From Bugula neritina (taxonomy: Eukaryota; Animalia; Bryozoa): 64,000 nt of DNA. Below are positions 1 through 11,760 of this stretch, piece by piece. Position numbers and translations under genes: made by a program. The stretch spans positions 8,106,889-8,170,888 of the forward strand of contig OZ037772.1 of NCBI GenBank assembly GCA_964035545.1. Direction: 5' to 3'. Positions within the stretch are counted from its first letter, which is position 1; each line of letters starts with the position of its first letter. Below the pieces are notes generated by a model. It ran no database searches and was not told where the DNA came from. It was given only the letters and a program-made list of their open reading frames with translations.

Positions 1-11
1 TGATGTTTTAG

Positions 12-3000
12 TTTCTGCGAATGGGTAGCTTGGCTAGCCTCTTGTTCCAAGATCTGCCAGTGCCCGACAATGCGGGTGGGGATAATGGTGACCTCTCTTG
101 GTCTTGCTCAGGTATAGTCTAACTCTTTTAAATCTGTTTGTACCTGCCACATGTTTTAACTAATAGTTCATGTCTTCTATAGATATACTTCTATAATTTG
201 TAGACCAAGATCTTAATTCTCTGTCGGGTGATCACTTGACCAGACCCTCAGATATATGTCAAGGTCGTGTATTGCTCAATGCCAGCAACCTCCGGATACT
301 GTCTCTCCATAGACTTAAGATTGAGCAGAGCAGTAGACTGTTTAGTGATATTCTACCCTTTTTGGCGGGTGTACAGGTACGACCTTCACATTGCCGCGGT
401 CAAGTCTCATGTAGCCTTATTGGGTCATTTTACTTTACTTACAGCAGAAAATTAGGACAACAAAGTAAATATGGCTCAAAAATAATAGAAAGTTTCTAGT
501 TAGGGTATTTTCATGCGTTGATTTCAAATATTTATAGGAAAATTTAAAAATTACCTGATTATTTGGATTTTTTGCCAGCTCTTCAATAATTTGCGGCAAA
601 AAACAACCTAAAGTGATTTTATTGATTAAACTGACTCATTTGTAGCACCTTGATCTGAGCGAGTGCGTGCTGCCAGTAGAAAAAGGAAGTGATGTCACTG
701 ACCTTTCCCCGCTGACAGCCTTACGTCAGCTGACCTCTCTAGTCCTCTACGATGCTCTACCTGCCAGGTTTGACTTGGCCAAGTACGAGCCGATCCTGTC
801 TCGTCTCACCAGTCTCCAGCACCTGGACGTCTCCTGTCTCGTGACTCAGGGCCACTACCCCAGTATCTCTTCTCAGACCACAGCTTTCCTGTCACTTCTC
901 TCCTCTCTCCCATCTCTCTCCTCTCTAGACATCTCTGGCACTCATCTGGCCCGCCATCTGCAGACGCCTCGGAGCTCAATGAGCAGCCAGGACGGTGACA
1001 GGTTAGTAGTTCATGACCTTGAACTCTCTACATGACCTTGAACTTTCTATGTGACCTTGAACACTTCACAATATAATCTTCTTGCTTTTAATATATTGAT
1101 TTTTATATTACATTGATGTCTCTGCAATGATGTCTTCTTTATATTACATTGACTTCTCTACAATGATGTCTTGTTTATGCTACTTTGTTGCCATTTTACT
1201 CTGCATCTTAAGCTTAAAGCGATTCCGTGTGTTTAGAAGATATGTAGATGCTTCCTCCGGGCTCTCTGGCCGGCATTTCAAATTTCTTGGACTGTGGGAA
1301 TGCGTCGGAGATCCTTGTAGACGGACTGACCTGCCCGCTGATGTGGTATGAGTCATACGATAGAATTCACGACTTTTCACACTTTTTCAACTAGTTTATG
1401 TTTAATCCGTTTGTAATTATTTTAACTCTTAATTTATATGAAAAAGTGTTTTTATGCTAAATATGTGCATATATATACATGCATATATATGCAGTATATG
1501 TATCTGCAGTATATATACATATTGTATATATACATATTGTATATATACATATTGTATATATATATATATAGGTTGCCAAACAGCTGTCTGCTGTTGCTAG
1601 GTTACTTTTTACTGTTGCTAGGTAACAGGTGATGCTAACATGACTCAGATATATAACTCGCTGCAAGTGTATAAGAAGAGAGAAAACGTGTGCAATGATT
1701 GCCTGAGTAACTTGTATCACGAGTTGAGGGACGGGTGGAGAGGCACCCCTCTCGAGCATACCAGAATTCTGGAGATCATCTGTGAGGTGATGAGAAGCAA
1801 CAAACACAACATTGACAGACAGATATCGGGCAGGTAAGACCTAAGGCTAGGACACGTCTTGCGTTTCTTGCCGTCTGATGTATTGATGTGGGAGTTATTA
1901 CACCGTGTGTTGTAGTGCTGCCATGTTCCACCTGATAAAGTGTGATGCCAACAAAGTGACCCTGCACAGGTACGCCAGCAAACGTCTGCTAAGACAAGCC
2001 ACTCGCACTCTCTACGACGCCATGAACACGCACTCGGCAAAAAAGGCCGTGAGTACAATTGATTGATTGATTGACTGATTAATTTATTAGATATCACAGA
2101 CATGAAAACACTTTGTAAAATTCAGTGTAAATACTGGCTATGATAAGTAGAAATGAACAAAATTGGCAAAAGAAGTCAGAGCTCTGTTGGATTATTTAAA
2201 ATAAAAGATCATTCAAAGTTATTACAAGATGTCACAGGAAGCTATCTCTGCCCCATGCTCCTTTATATTTAGAGGTTCTGTTTCTTTCAGAGAGGCATTG
2301 ACTCAGAAACTCATTGATTAAATGCTCATCATCTACTACAATGTGTAACACGCTTGTTCTCATTTGTAATAAAGTAATACTGTTGAATTATGGCTTAATG
2401 AAAGAAATAACTGCTATTATTTGGTGCTTGTTATACTAAGTTTCCTGGTTCAATTTTTATTGTTAAATTTTGTCTTTTATACCTACTTTATTCTCTTGCA
2501 GATGCTACGGAATGGATTATTAACATTCTGTCATTTTGACCTGCCTTCTGATATTGTGAGTTGAATGTTATTATTATTCCATGGGCTTACTAAGTAATGT
2601 TGAAATTAAATAACTGGTGTTGAGTTGCATTTAGGAGTTGTGTGTCACTGCGTGTGGTCACATAGTCCTGCTATTGCAGATGAACATCTACTCTGAGATG
2701 GTCAAACTGCTGCTCAACATAATCAGGCAAAGTGATTTCGCACACGACGAGTTCCTACAAAGGATTTCCCTTTACCTTCTCAATAACCTAGTGAGGAGTG
2801 TAGACAACTCCGATAAGCTGCAAGTTGGAAATCAAGGAGCCGTCAGGGTATGTTACATATCACAGTATAGTATATGTTACTCTATAGTATATGTTACTCT
2901 ATAGTACATGTTACTCTATAGTATATGTTACTCTATAGTATATGTTACTCTATAGTATATGTTACTCTATAGTATATGTTACTCTATAGTATATGTTACT

Positions 3001-6000
3001 CTATAGTACATGTTACTCTATAGTATATGTTACTCTATAGTATACGTTACTCTATAGTATATGTTACTCTATAGTACATGTTACTCTATAGTATATGTTA
3101 CTCTATAGTACATGTTACTCTATAGTATATATTACTCTATAGTATACGTTACTCTATAGTATACGTTACTCTATAGTATACGTTACTCTATAGTATATGT
3201 TACTCTATAGTATATGTTACTCTATAGTATACGTTACTCTATAGTATATGTTACTCTATAGTACATGTTACTCTATAGTATATGTTACTCTATAGTACAT
3301 GTTACTCTATAGTACATGTTACTCTATAGTATACGTTACTCTATAGTATACGTTACTCTATAGTATATATTACTCTATAGTATATGTTACAGTATAGTAT
3401 ATGTTACAGTATAGTATATGTTACTCTATAGTATACGTTACTCTATAGTATATATTACTCTATAGTATATGTTACAGTATAGTATATGTTACAGTATAGT
3501 ATATGTTACTCTATAGTATATGTTACTCTATAGTATACGTTACTCTATAGTATACGTTACTCTATAGTATATATTACTCTATAGTATATGTTACAGTATA
3601 GTATATGTTACAGTATAGTATACGTTACTCTATAGTATATGTTACAGTATAGTATATGTTACTCTATAGTACATGTTACTCTATAGTAAGTTACTAAATT
3701 AAGTTCATATGAGTTTATAGTTGCTATTACTACGAAAACCCTTGATGGAAAAGGTTTTTATAAATTGGGCTAAAAATTATTTTCTGTCGTGGCAAGGCAG
3801 CAATCATGACTGGATGCCCTTCCTAACATTACCAATGGCCTCTACTGGGGTTTAAACCCATGAGCTCGTGTTTGCTAAGTCAGCGCTTTAGCCCCTAAAC
3901 CATGGCTACTTTCTAGATTAAGTTATTAAAGGGTTTCACATATTACTGGGGAATAAGTTTAATACTGTCAATCTCTATTGTTTTATTCTGAAATACTAGA
4001 TTTTAATATGCAGACAATGTTGTGGTTGATTAAAGCTAAACTAAGTTTCGATGAAACTGACGAGATACTAGAAATGGCGTGGAGCACGCTCTGGAATATA
4101 ACAGGTACATCTAACTATAACCACACCAGACTTACGCTAATTGTATAATCTTACTCAAAGTTTTACTAACGTGTCCATATCCTGTTTTAGACGAGACAGA
4201 AGACAACTGTGAGCGATTTCTGACCGGTGAGAATGAGGAGGCGGGTCTAAACCTCTTCATTCGATGTTATGAGAAGTTTTATTTGAACGGCAGCGATCAT
4301 AATAGACAGAATAGAGAGGCACTCCTCCGTAACATGATGGGACTACTGGTGAGTAACACACCTGTTTATACCTGCCAGTCTTATAGCACACCTGCTTATA
4401 CCTGTCAGTCTCACAATATGCTTGTTTATTGCAGTCAGCCTTACCATCTTCTCACCCTGTGTTGATTCTCAAGCCTCTCTGGTGATGAATAGTCACAAAC
4501 ATAGCTGACATCTAAGTTATTTACTGACACTTGCTGTTGGTATTCTATGCTACAGAATGACACCTGTCATTCACTGTAAGCACCTGACACCACGTGTCAC
4601 ATTTAATTGTATTGCTGTATGTTTCCAGGGGAATGTGTCAGAAGTGCCTAGACTGAGAGTTCGATTCCTCAAGCCCATGTATCTCAATCTTTTCAGGTTT
4701 GTGTCTACAAACTCTCCTAAAGCTTTTTCTCAATTTAATACTACTATGCTAATTATTGTTTATGTGCAAATAATCTAAAGCAATAATAAAAATTTGTACT
4801 GGTGATTTTATCAAGTAAATGTTTGCCCGTAGGGATACGTCTTGTAATAAGATTTTTCTTGTTGTCATAGGGAAATAGGCGTGGCTTGTAAAACCTTTCA
4901 GTATTCTACGGTTCCTTTTGTTCTTGTTATAAAGAGAGTCAAACCACATTGAATATATTGCTCTTACATTTCATAGAAATATTGGTTTATTCATAGCTCA
5001 GCTAGCAGTTGCAGCCACCTCTGTATTACTGTGTGATGCTGTGGTACTTGGGCTAGCATCAAGTAAATTGCATTAAAGCCTTTGATTTTTTAATCTAGAT
5101 AGTGTTTATAGGTGGGTTTCAAGGAGTCAATGGTCATGTTTATGGTTACTGCAATTGGGAATTCTTATTATTTTGCTTTATGACTCTTTTTATTCCAGGA
5201 GTCTTCTGGAGTCTACATGTGACGGCATTGAAGTCAGCTATCACGCTGCCGGTATATTATGTCACATCCTGTCAGACGGCAGCAACGAGGCTGTGTGGCG
5301 TCACTGCTCTGAATCTCATGGCAGTTCGGCTTCTTTCACTGAAGATGGGAATTTGAGCTTAGTGACCTCAGGTAACTGCCGAGTTTGTTTTTGTTGAATT
5401 TAGGATGTAGATATTAAATACTGTACATGTGTTACAATGATTAACGTACGGTAGGTGTAACAGAATAGGTTCTAATGTTGAATATATAGTAGTTCCTTGT
5501 AGTTATGAATAATATGATTGTAATTTGGAGTTGTGTATCTACTTTATTGAGAAAATAATTCTTGTTTTGGTGCATTATCCTGTTTCATGTTTTTTTACCC
5601 ACAATTCTTAAAGTTTAGTTTTTTGCTCTCTGCTCCATTTTGAAAGTATAAAATACTACTCATTCTCAGAAATAACTTCATCTAAGTCTAGACCGTTGAA
5701 TGAGTTCAATGGTCTAGACATCAAAGTGCAATGTATTAAAAGCAAAAGGACAATTATATCTACTGATCATTTGAAACGAGTTAGGGAAGCTAGCAAGAAA
5801 CTGGAAGCTAATTTGATTACAACAGTTTTAGTTCACAGGTAGAAGACCAGCTAAATGCTTGCGTTTAGAAGTAGTAGTAGTTAAATTGAGATAGCCTAAG
5901 TTATTAAATTTTGGTTTGAGGCACGGGTTAAAATTCTTGCTAGAACATAACTTCTTATGCTACGTTTCTGATCTAGAACACAGGTTTTTCTCAATTTTTC

Positions 6001-7309
6001 CATTACTGCACCTACCTCAATGTATAAAGGTGGTGCAATTGGTTTGAAAGTTGAAATCAACATGACTAGTACCAACACCCTAATAAGGCAGTATTTTTTC
6101 AAAAACAAATAAAACGATTTGCTTTATATTTCATTCTTTAGAACATTTCTCTTCACTCAATGTTTGTCAGCATATAGCAGTTTTTCCTTTCTGCTGATTA
6201 AGCCAATTTCCTGTTAGAAAATCATAGCATCAAGTTATGTATTTGGTAGGACGTTAATTGAGCACATTGCTTACATTTGAGCCTCATTTTAGAATCATCT
6301 TGTCAAAGTGGCATATCAATTGCCAAGGAAAGAGTTCTCAGTTCCTTAGTAGAAGCAATCAACAGATGGGACCTCAACTCACAGCGTAGCATCAACTATA
6401 GGCAAGTGTAAATACCTAATATTCAGGGATCTCCATTTCTATTGTCTTGTAGCTTTAATTTTATGTTATTGTTGCCCTTTGCTGGGTCAGGATCACATGC
6501 GTCTATCAGGGTTGGGGTAGTTGTAATTAGTTGTAATTAAATACATTTTCTCAAGTAATTGAATGTAATTTGTAATTGATGTATAAAAATGTAATTGTAA
6601 TTAATTACATTCATATGTATTTGACCTCAACTCTATAGTCTATACTCTCTAGTCTATACTCTATAGTCTATGCTCTATAGTCTATACTCTATAATCTATA
6701 CTCTATAGTCTATACTCTATAGTCTATACTCTATAGTCTATACTCTATAGTCTATGCTCTATAGTTTATACTCTATAGTCTATACTCTATACTATATAGC
6801 ATTGTATTCTGCAGATCATTTAAGCCAATCCTAGCGCTGTTAGAATGTGATCATACAGTGGAAGTTCGCCATTGGGCTGTTTGGGCACTTTGCAATCTGA
6901 CCACAGTCTACCGTAAGTGTAATCTACACAAATATAATCTATAGTAGTGTTGTAGCTCTTATCTGCAGAATATAATAGGGGTTATCTATAGCATTTATTA
7001 GGTGTTATCTACAGATTATAATAGTTAATAACTACAGAACATATTAGGGATCATCTACAGAGTATAGTAGCTATTGTTGAATACTTTAGATGTTATCTGC
7101 AGGTCACACTCTAGCATCCTATGATTCTTGTAGCTGACAAGTACTGTCAACTGTTACACGAAGAGGGAGGAATTCAAATCCTACAGAATATGCTTACAGA
7201 GTCTGAAAGGATGAACTCGCATATAATCAAACTTGTCGAACTTATTTTGGCGAATGTTCGAAAGGTTTTTGGCCACGATCATCACAACATGGAGGTCGGC
7301 CAGCTTTAG
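12..7309 (+). CDS. ZER1: Protein zer-1 homolog / zyg-11 family CRL2 substrate receptor (LRR + ARM-like), 5'-partial. Exons: 12-111, 204-376, 646-1001, 1237-1345, 1622-1833, 1916-2048, 2502-2555, 2680-2847, 4014-4104, 4191-4348, 4629-4696, 5199-5371, 6293-6401, 6815-6912, 7134-7309
   Basis: Phase-consistent spliced ORF with LRR segments (LQHLDVS, LSSLDISGT). Family motifs: AWSTLWNITDETEDNC, LLRNMMGLLGNVSEV, DGIEVSYHAAGILCHILSDG, RSINYRSFKPIL, HWAVWALCNLTTVYPDKYC. Confidence 0.9.
2850..3690. repeat. Intronic minisatellite, 17-bp unit TATATGTTACTCTATAG, about 49 copies
   Basis: Directly visible tandem array starting at the ZER1 donor site at 2848; no spacers. Confidence 0.97.
3703..3911 (-). 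mobile_element. tRNA-derived SINE, diverged copy
   Basis: Reverse complement matches the copy at 32311-32526 (GACTGGATGCCCTTCCTAACATTACCAATGGCC core). Confidence 0.85.
6507..6633. mobile_element. Small MITE-like element (CAGGGTTGGG...CCTCAACTCT ends, GTAATT-rich interior)
   Basis: Imperfect terminal inverted repeats and internal GTAATT/AATTAC symmetry. Confidence 0.5.
6630..6800. repeat. 14-bp tandem repeat TCTATACTCTATAG next to a ZER1 acceptor
   Basis: Visible tandem array ending just before the AG at 6813-6814. Confidence 0.9.
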
Positions 7310-8393
7310 CAGTGCTTTTTATTGTTGTTACGGTCTCTTTCTGTGATTGGCTAGAGTGGACTATGCACCGTATGCTATGATTGGCCTAAATCTAAAGTTG
7401 TATATTATGCGTGCGAATCTGGCCAGTTGTGGTACTCCATTGCATTTTAATACTAAGTTTACAGTCTTCGCTAATTTACTAACTGTGATTAGTTTATCGG
7501 TGCAATGCTAGTTAGTCTTTAGTATTATTTAAGTTTCATATTTGCATTGCTACATGCTAGTTGTTCTTATTGGCTACTCAACTTTAATTGTTATTTTATT
7601 GGTTGTTGGTTGAAAAACCTGGATTGTTAGTAAATTAAATTACTGCTCATTAAGGACTTGTTAAAATTTTTTATATGTACCCAGTACACCAGTGTGCCTC
7701 ATACTTGAAACATTTTTTTTATCCTTATTTTATTTTATTTAAATCTTTACACTATAACTTATTAAATAAAATTATATATTTAATATATACGGAAAACAAA
7801 CTTCATGACATTTAAATCAATTAGAAGTTTCAATCATTCTGTAAAATATACTCTCAAAAATCTAGTAAAAAATATCTGACTCAACGTTGAAAAATAAAGA
7901 ATTCAGTTTTCAAGTCACGCTGGTTGTTGCTTTCGCATTACTTGACTGTCTGTCACAAATTGAAATTGCAATGCCACTTCCACAATAGCAGGCATGTGAC
8001 TTTACATCCAGGGTTGTAATCAACGTCACATGACCTATTAAATGTGACGCAATGTTTGGTATAGATGACACAATGCTAGGATGCATCTTATCATAATTTT
8101 ATGCTTCGGTTTGCTTCTGATGCGTCATTAACAGCAAAACTTGTCAAGAAAATGATTTTGATTGGCTGGTTAAATAAAAAGAAGATTGGGCTTGTTTATC
8201 GATAAATAAGAACCGTTCAGAAACAGTTTGAGATTAGAACGTCCAGATAAAGAATATTATGACTAGTGATGTATGTACAGTACGTTATAGTAAAGTTTAT
8301 AGCCCAGTTGGCTGTTATCAGATGGCTGATTGGCTCAATAAATAAACACAACTGCTGATTGGTGTAAAGGGTGTAAGGAGTCATCTGATTGGT

Positions 8394-11300
8394 CTATTTA
8401 GAGCAAACAACACACGTCAGCTCCCTAGCATCTATATATGGCGGGCAGTGTTGCAGGCCTCCACTATTCTTACAGTAACCTGAGACAGGATAGAGTTCTG
8501 CTCCAGCAGGTGTTGACTTTGTGCCTGCCAGAAAACAAAGCAAAACTGAGAATTAGTAAATTGACTGACACTATCTTTCCCTGTTGGCATTTTAAGCTTC
8601 AGCCGGAATTGTATTTTATAATTTGTGTGTCTTCACCATCAGCAGAGTTTTTAAAAACTCAATTCTAGAAATTGTAAAATGTTTGCATGTATTAACAAGC
8701 ACTCTGGTGATTGTGTACAATTGATCTAGTGACATGAGCTTACTAATATGGTGCTTCCATACAAGTGCTGCTTTTAAAATACCAACAGAATAGTAGTTGA
8801 GAAAAGCACGGCAATGGAAAATTAGAAAAAGCCTGTGTTCTAAATCAGAAATGTCCTGAAAAAATTGCTTGTTTTATGAGACTTCCGACTGGCGTCCCAA
8901 ACGGAAGCTCATAAAGGTTATTAAAAAAGTTGGGTTATATTGAAATTTACTCATTGCTGTATTTAAAAGTAGTATTTATTGCTCACCATTGACCCCTTCA
9001 GCAAAGCCATCGACACAGATGTAGGAAGATCTCATGTCTGAGATGTAAGAAGACATGAGATAGCCTTCATACTCTTTGGTCCAGGAGTCAGGACAGCTTG
9101 TCTTTGCTGGTATCATCACCTACGAATCAATCGACAGAGCTACAAACTGCCATTTACTATTGACCATCAACTTTGGACTAACTATTGGCTACGGGCTAGA
9201 AATCAGTGTCCTGGAATCGGTAAACGAACGATTGACTAGATTTTAGAACCAGTGACTAAAAGCTAGTTGCCCGTTGTCATTGACTATAAAATGTTCAACA
9301 GTAGAATTGATCTAAAAATTGAATTGTTCAGAGAACGAACTCTGTAATCATACAACCATTAACGTAGAGATACAAGTGCTTCTACAGTTGCCATGAACAC
9401 AAATATAACTACCTCTACAGCTGCTATAGTTACCTGGGTAGACCGTGGAGCGAGACACACACTACAGAGAACATTCATGCCACTGATGTCTGCATCCAAG
9501 ACTTCTCCAGAGTTGTACTGAACACCGTATACCTGTGCGAATATAATATATTTTATGGTAGATTTTAGGATACCTTCTTTATGGAAATATCCCTTTATAT
9601 TAGCAGTTACAGAACGTTTGGTTTCTGAAAGATTGTACTCACGAAGCTGTGCGCTAAACCGTCATTCATCTTGTCGTATTTCTTCCACTCGGGTGTCAAA
9701 GGCAAACACAAATATTCCGATCCACCTCCCGGCCTGCGGGTGTCAATTGAAGCGGCCCCCACACCAAATCCTGTGGTATTCAAATAAGTTATAGATCTCA
9801 GTCTATTGTCTATGCACAGGAATTGTGCCCTCAATCATATTTACTACACAAACTATAACTATTAATAATTTATATATTGTGTTTATTTCATGAGAAAACA
9901 CTCAACAGCTACAAAATATAAAAGCAACCTTTACAAATAATTTAAGACTTCTCCGAAATAATTCTTTATGTACAATATATTTACAAGATTTCTTATTGGT
10001 TCGCTATGGATTCAGTTTCCATACTAAACATAATTATGCACACAACTCCCAAACTCTCACTCAAATTCTAAACCTAAGGAAATGAAAATCATAGATAATG
10101 TTTGGGAGTTGCCCTGTAAATATTATTTAAAGTTGATAGATCATCACATTCACTCTGCTGCTACTACCACCATATTTAAATGTTGACATATTGTTTCGGA
10201 GTTATCCTATTAGTATTATTAGCAATTTTTTAAAAATTCCAGGTTTTTAGGCCACTGTACTATTTTTAAAATCAGCAAGAAAAGATTTAGAGGGCCAATA
10301 GTGAAGATTAATTAACTTTACCGATTCCATGCAAAAACTTCCAAAGTTCAAGCAGTTGCATATTAATAAGCTAGCTGTCTAATCACATGAATTACCTGAA
10401 TATACTAGAGTTGCATTCTCTTGACAAGTAGGTTTTCCCCAGTGTGTGTATGCGGCAGTTGACTTCACCATATTCAGAGCTTCTTTCAGCTGGTCCAGTG
10501 TAACCAGGGGAGACCTGAGTTAACAAGGACATGCATAATTTAACTCCTTACATTAATAAGAAAACTTTTCATATAGCAGGGAAAAGTTCACCAGGAAAAA
10601 CTTCAGACAAAATTGGATAAGCATGGGCAAGTATTCAGCGCTCATACTGCAGCACTGTATAGAAACATAAGCTAGCTCTAACTACCATAGTGTTGTGTTT
10701 TACACACACACTCACACACCTCAAGCTTATATAATATTGCATAAAGTGCTGTTGTAGCATGTTTAAAGGGAAATGCAGCTGAATTATCATAGTACATTAT
10801 ATTCACCAAAGAGCCAATATATAATATGTTACATAGTTCAACAAAAAGCCAAGCATATAATCTACATAACCTGTATCACGACATTATATAAGTAGACATA
10901 ATGAAATTAACAGCAACTTTACACTGTGTTACTATTGTCGTACTTGTCAGATGGAAGATCCTGTTGGTAGGCAAATGAGGACCAGTCTGTCTGTATGTCT
11001 TTTGTCTCTATCTTTTTTGTGACCTCATCAAGTCTTATGGTGACCCAGGTAAGGAGAGCGCAGGTAACGCACAGCGACAGCAGACTCATCGAGATCGGGA
11101 GGAGGAAGTGCCATCTTCGGTGCAGCCTACAGTATACACCCCTGTGAGAACCCCTGTTGATTAGATTACATAACACACCCTTGTGAGACCCCCTGTTGAT
11201 TAGGTTACTCAATGCATCCACTCATTGCGAGAACCCTTGTTAGTCAGTTTATTTAAAATTTTCATTCCTATAAGAACCCTTATTTATTAGGTTAATTGAA

Positions 11301-11565
11301 GTATCCACCCCTATAAGAACCCAGGATGGTAAGGTGCCTAAGTAGGCTAGGAATTGCATATACTGTGATATAAAAGCAATTATTTATGCCTCATGCCCTT
11401 TCTGAATTCCCAATTCCTTATGGCTTTGTCAGGATTTGCAACCCCATGACCTGGAGCTGACTTGACCTAGAACTGACTTGACCTAGAACTGACTTGACCT
11501 AAAGCTGACTTGACCACTTGTAGTTCATCTCACCTAAATTTTACTGGTTTTATATTATCCTCCAT
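8394..11565 (-). CDS. Type II membrane protein with a short-chain collagen C4 (spongin/NC1-like) C-terminal domain. Exons: 11565-11534, 11126-10944, 10514-10396, 9770-9643, 9532-9434, 9119-8987, 8524-8394; start codon uncertain
   Basis: Spliced ORF with YTHWGKPTC, GGGSEYLCLP, CSVCLAP, VMIPAKTSCPDSWTKEYEGYLM, YICVD and CPPYIDARELTCVVCSK*, typical of this invertebrate family. N-terminal hydrophobic anchor FLLPISMSLLSLCVTCALLTWVTI. Confidence 0.8.
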
Positions 11566-11616
11566 CCTGAACAAGTTGAGTTTATCAGTTTCCTCTGTTG
11601 GCTCCTCACTTCTGCA

Positions 11617-11760
11617 AATATAACATGAATTGTTCTATAACCAGCGCGGAGTTGATAGTGCAATAGTTTAGGATTCTCTAGTTTCAAGTTGAAAACCCAA
11701 AACTACTGCACTTATTCACCCCCAACTCAGAGCTGCTTGTATAACAGTTCATATTACATG
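11617..11760. mobile_element. Foldback/MITE-like element, same family as 42970-43137
   Basis: Inverted arms (CATGAATTGTT...GGAGTTG and CAACTCAGAGCTGC...ACAGTTCAT). Shares CACCCCCAACTC(A/T)G(A/T)GCTGCTT with about 43127-43150. Confidence 0.55.

Noticed and set aside
2850-3690. Regular repeat array resembling a CRISPR locus
   Set aside because: Head-to-tail 17-bp units with no unique spacers, no cas genes, and located in a eukaryotic intron
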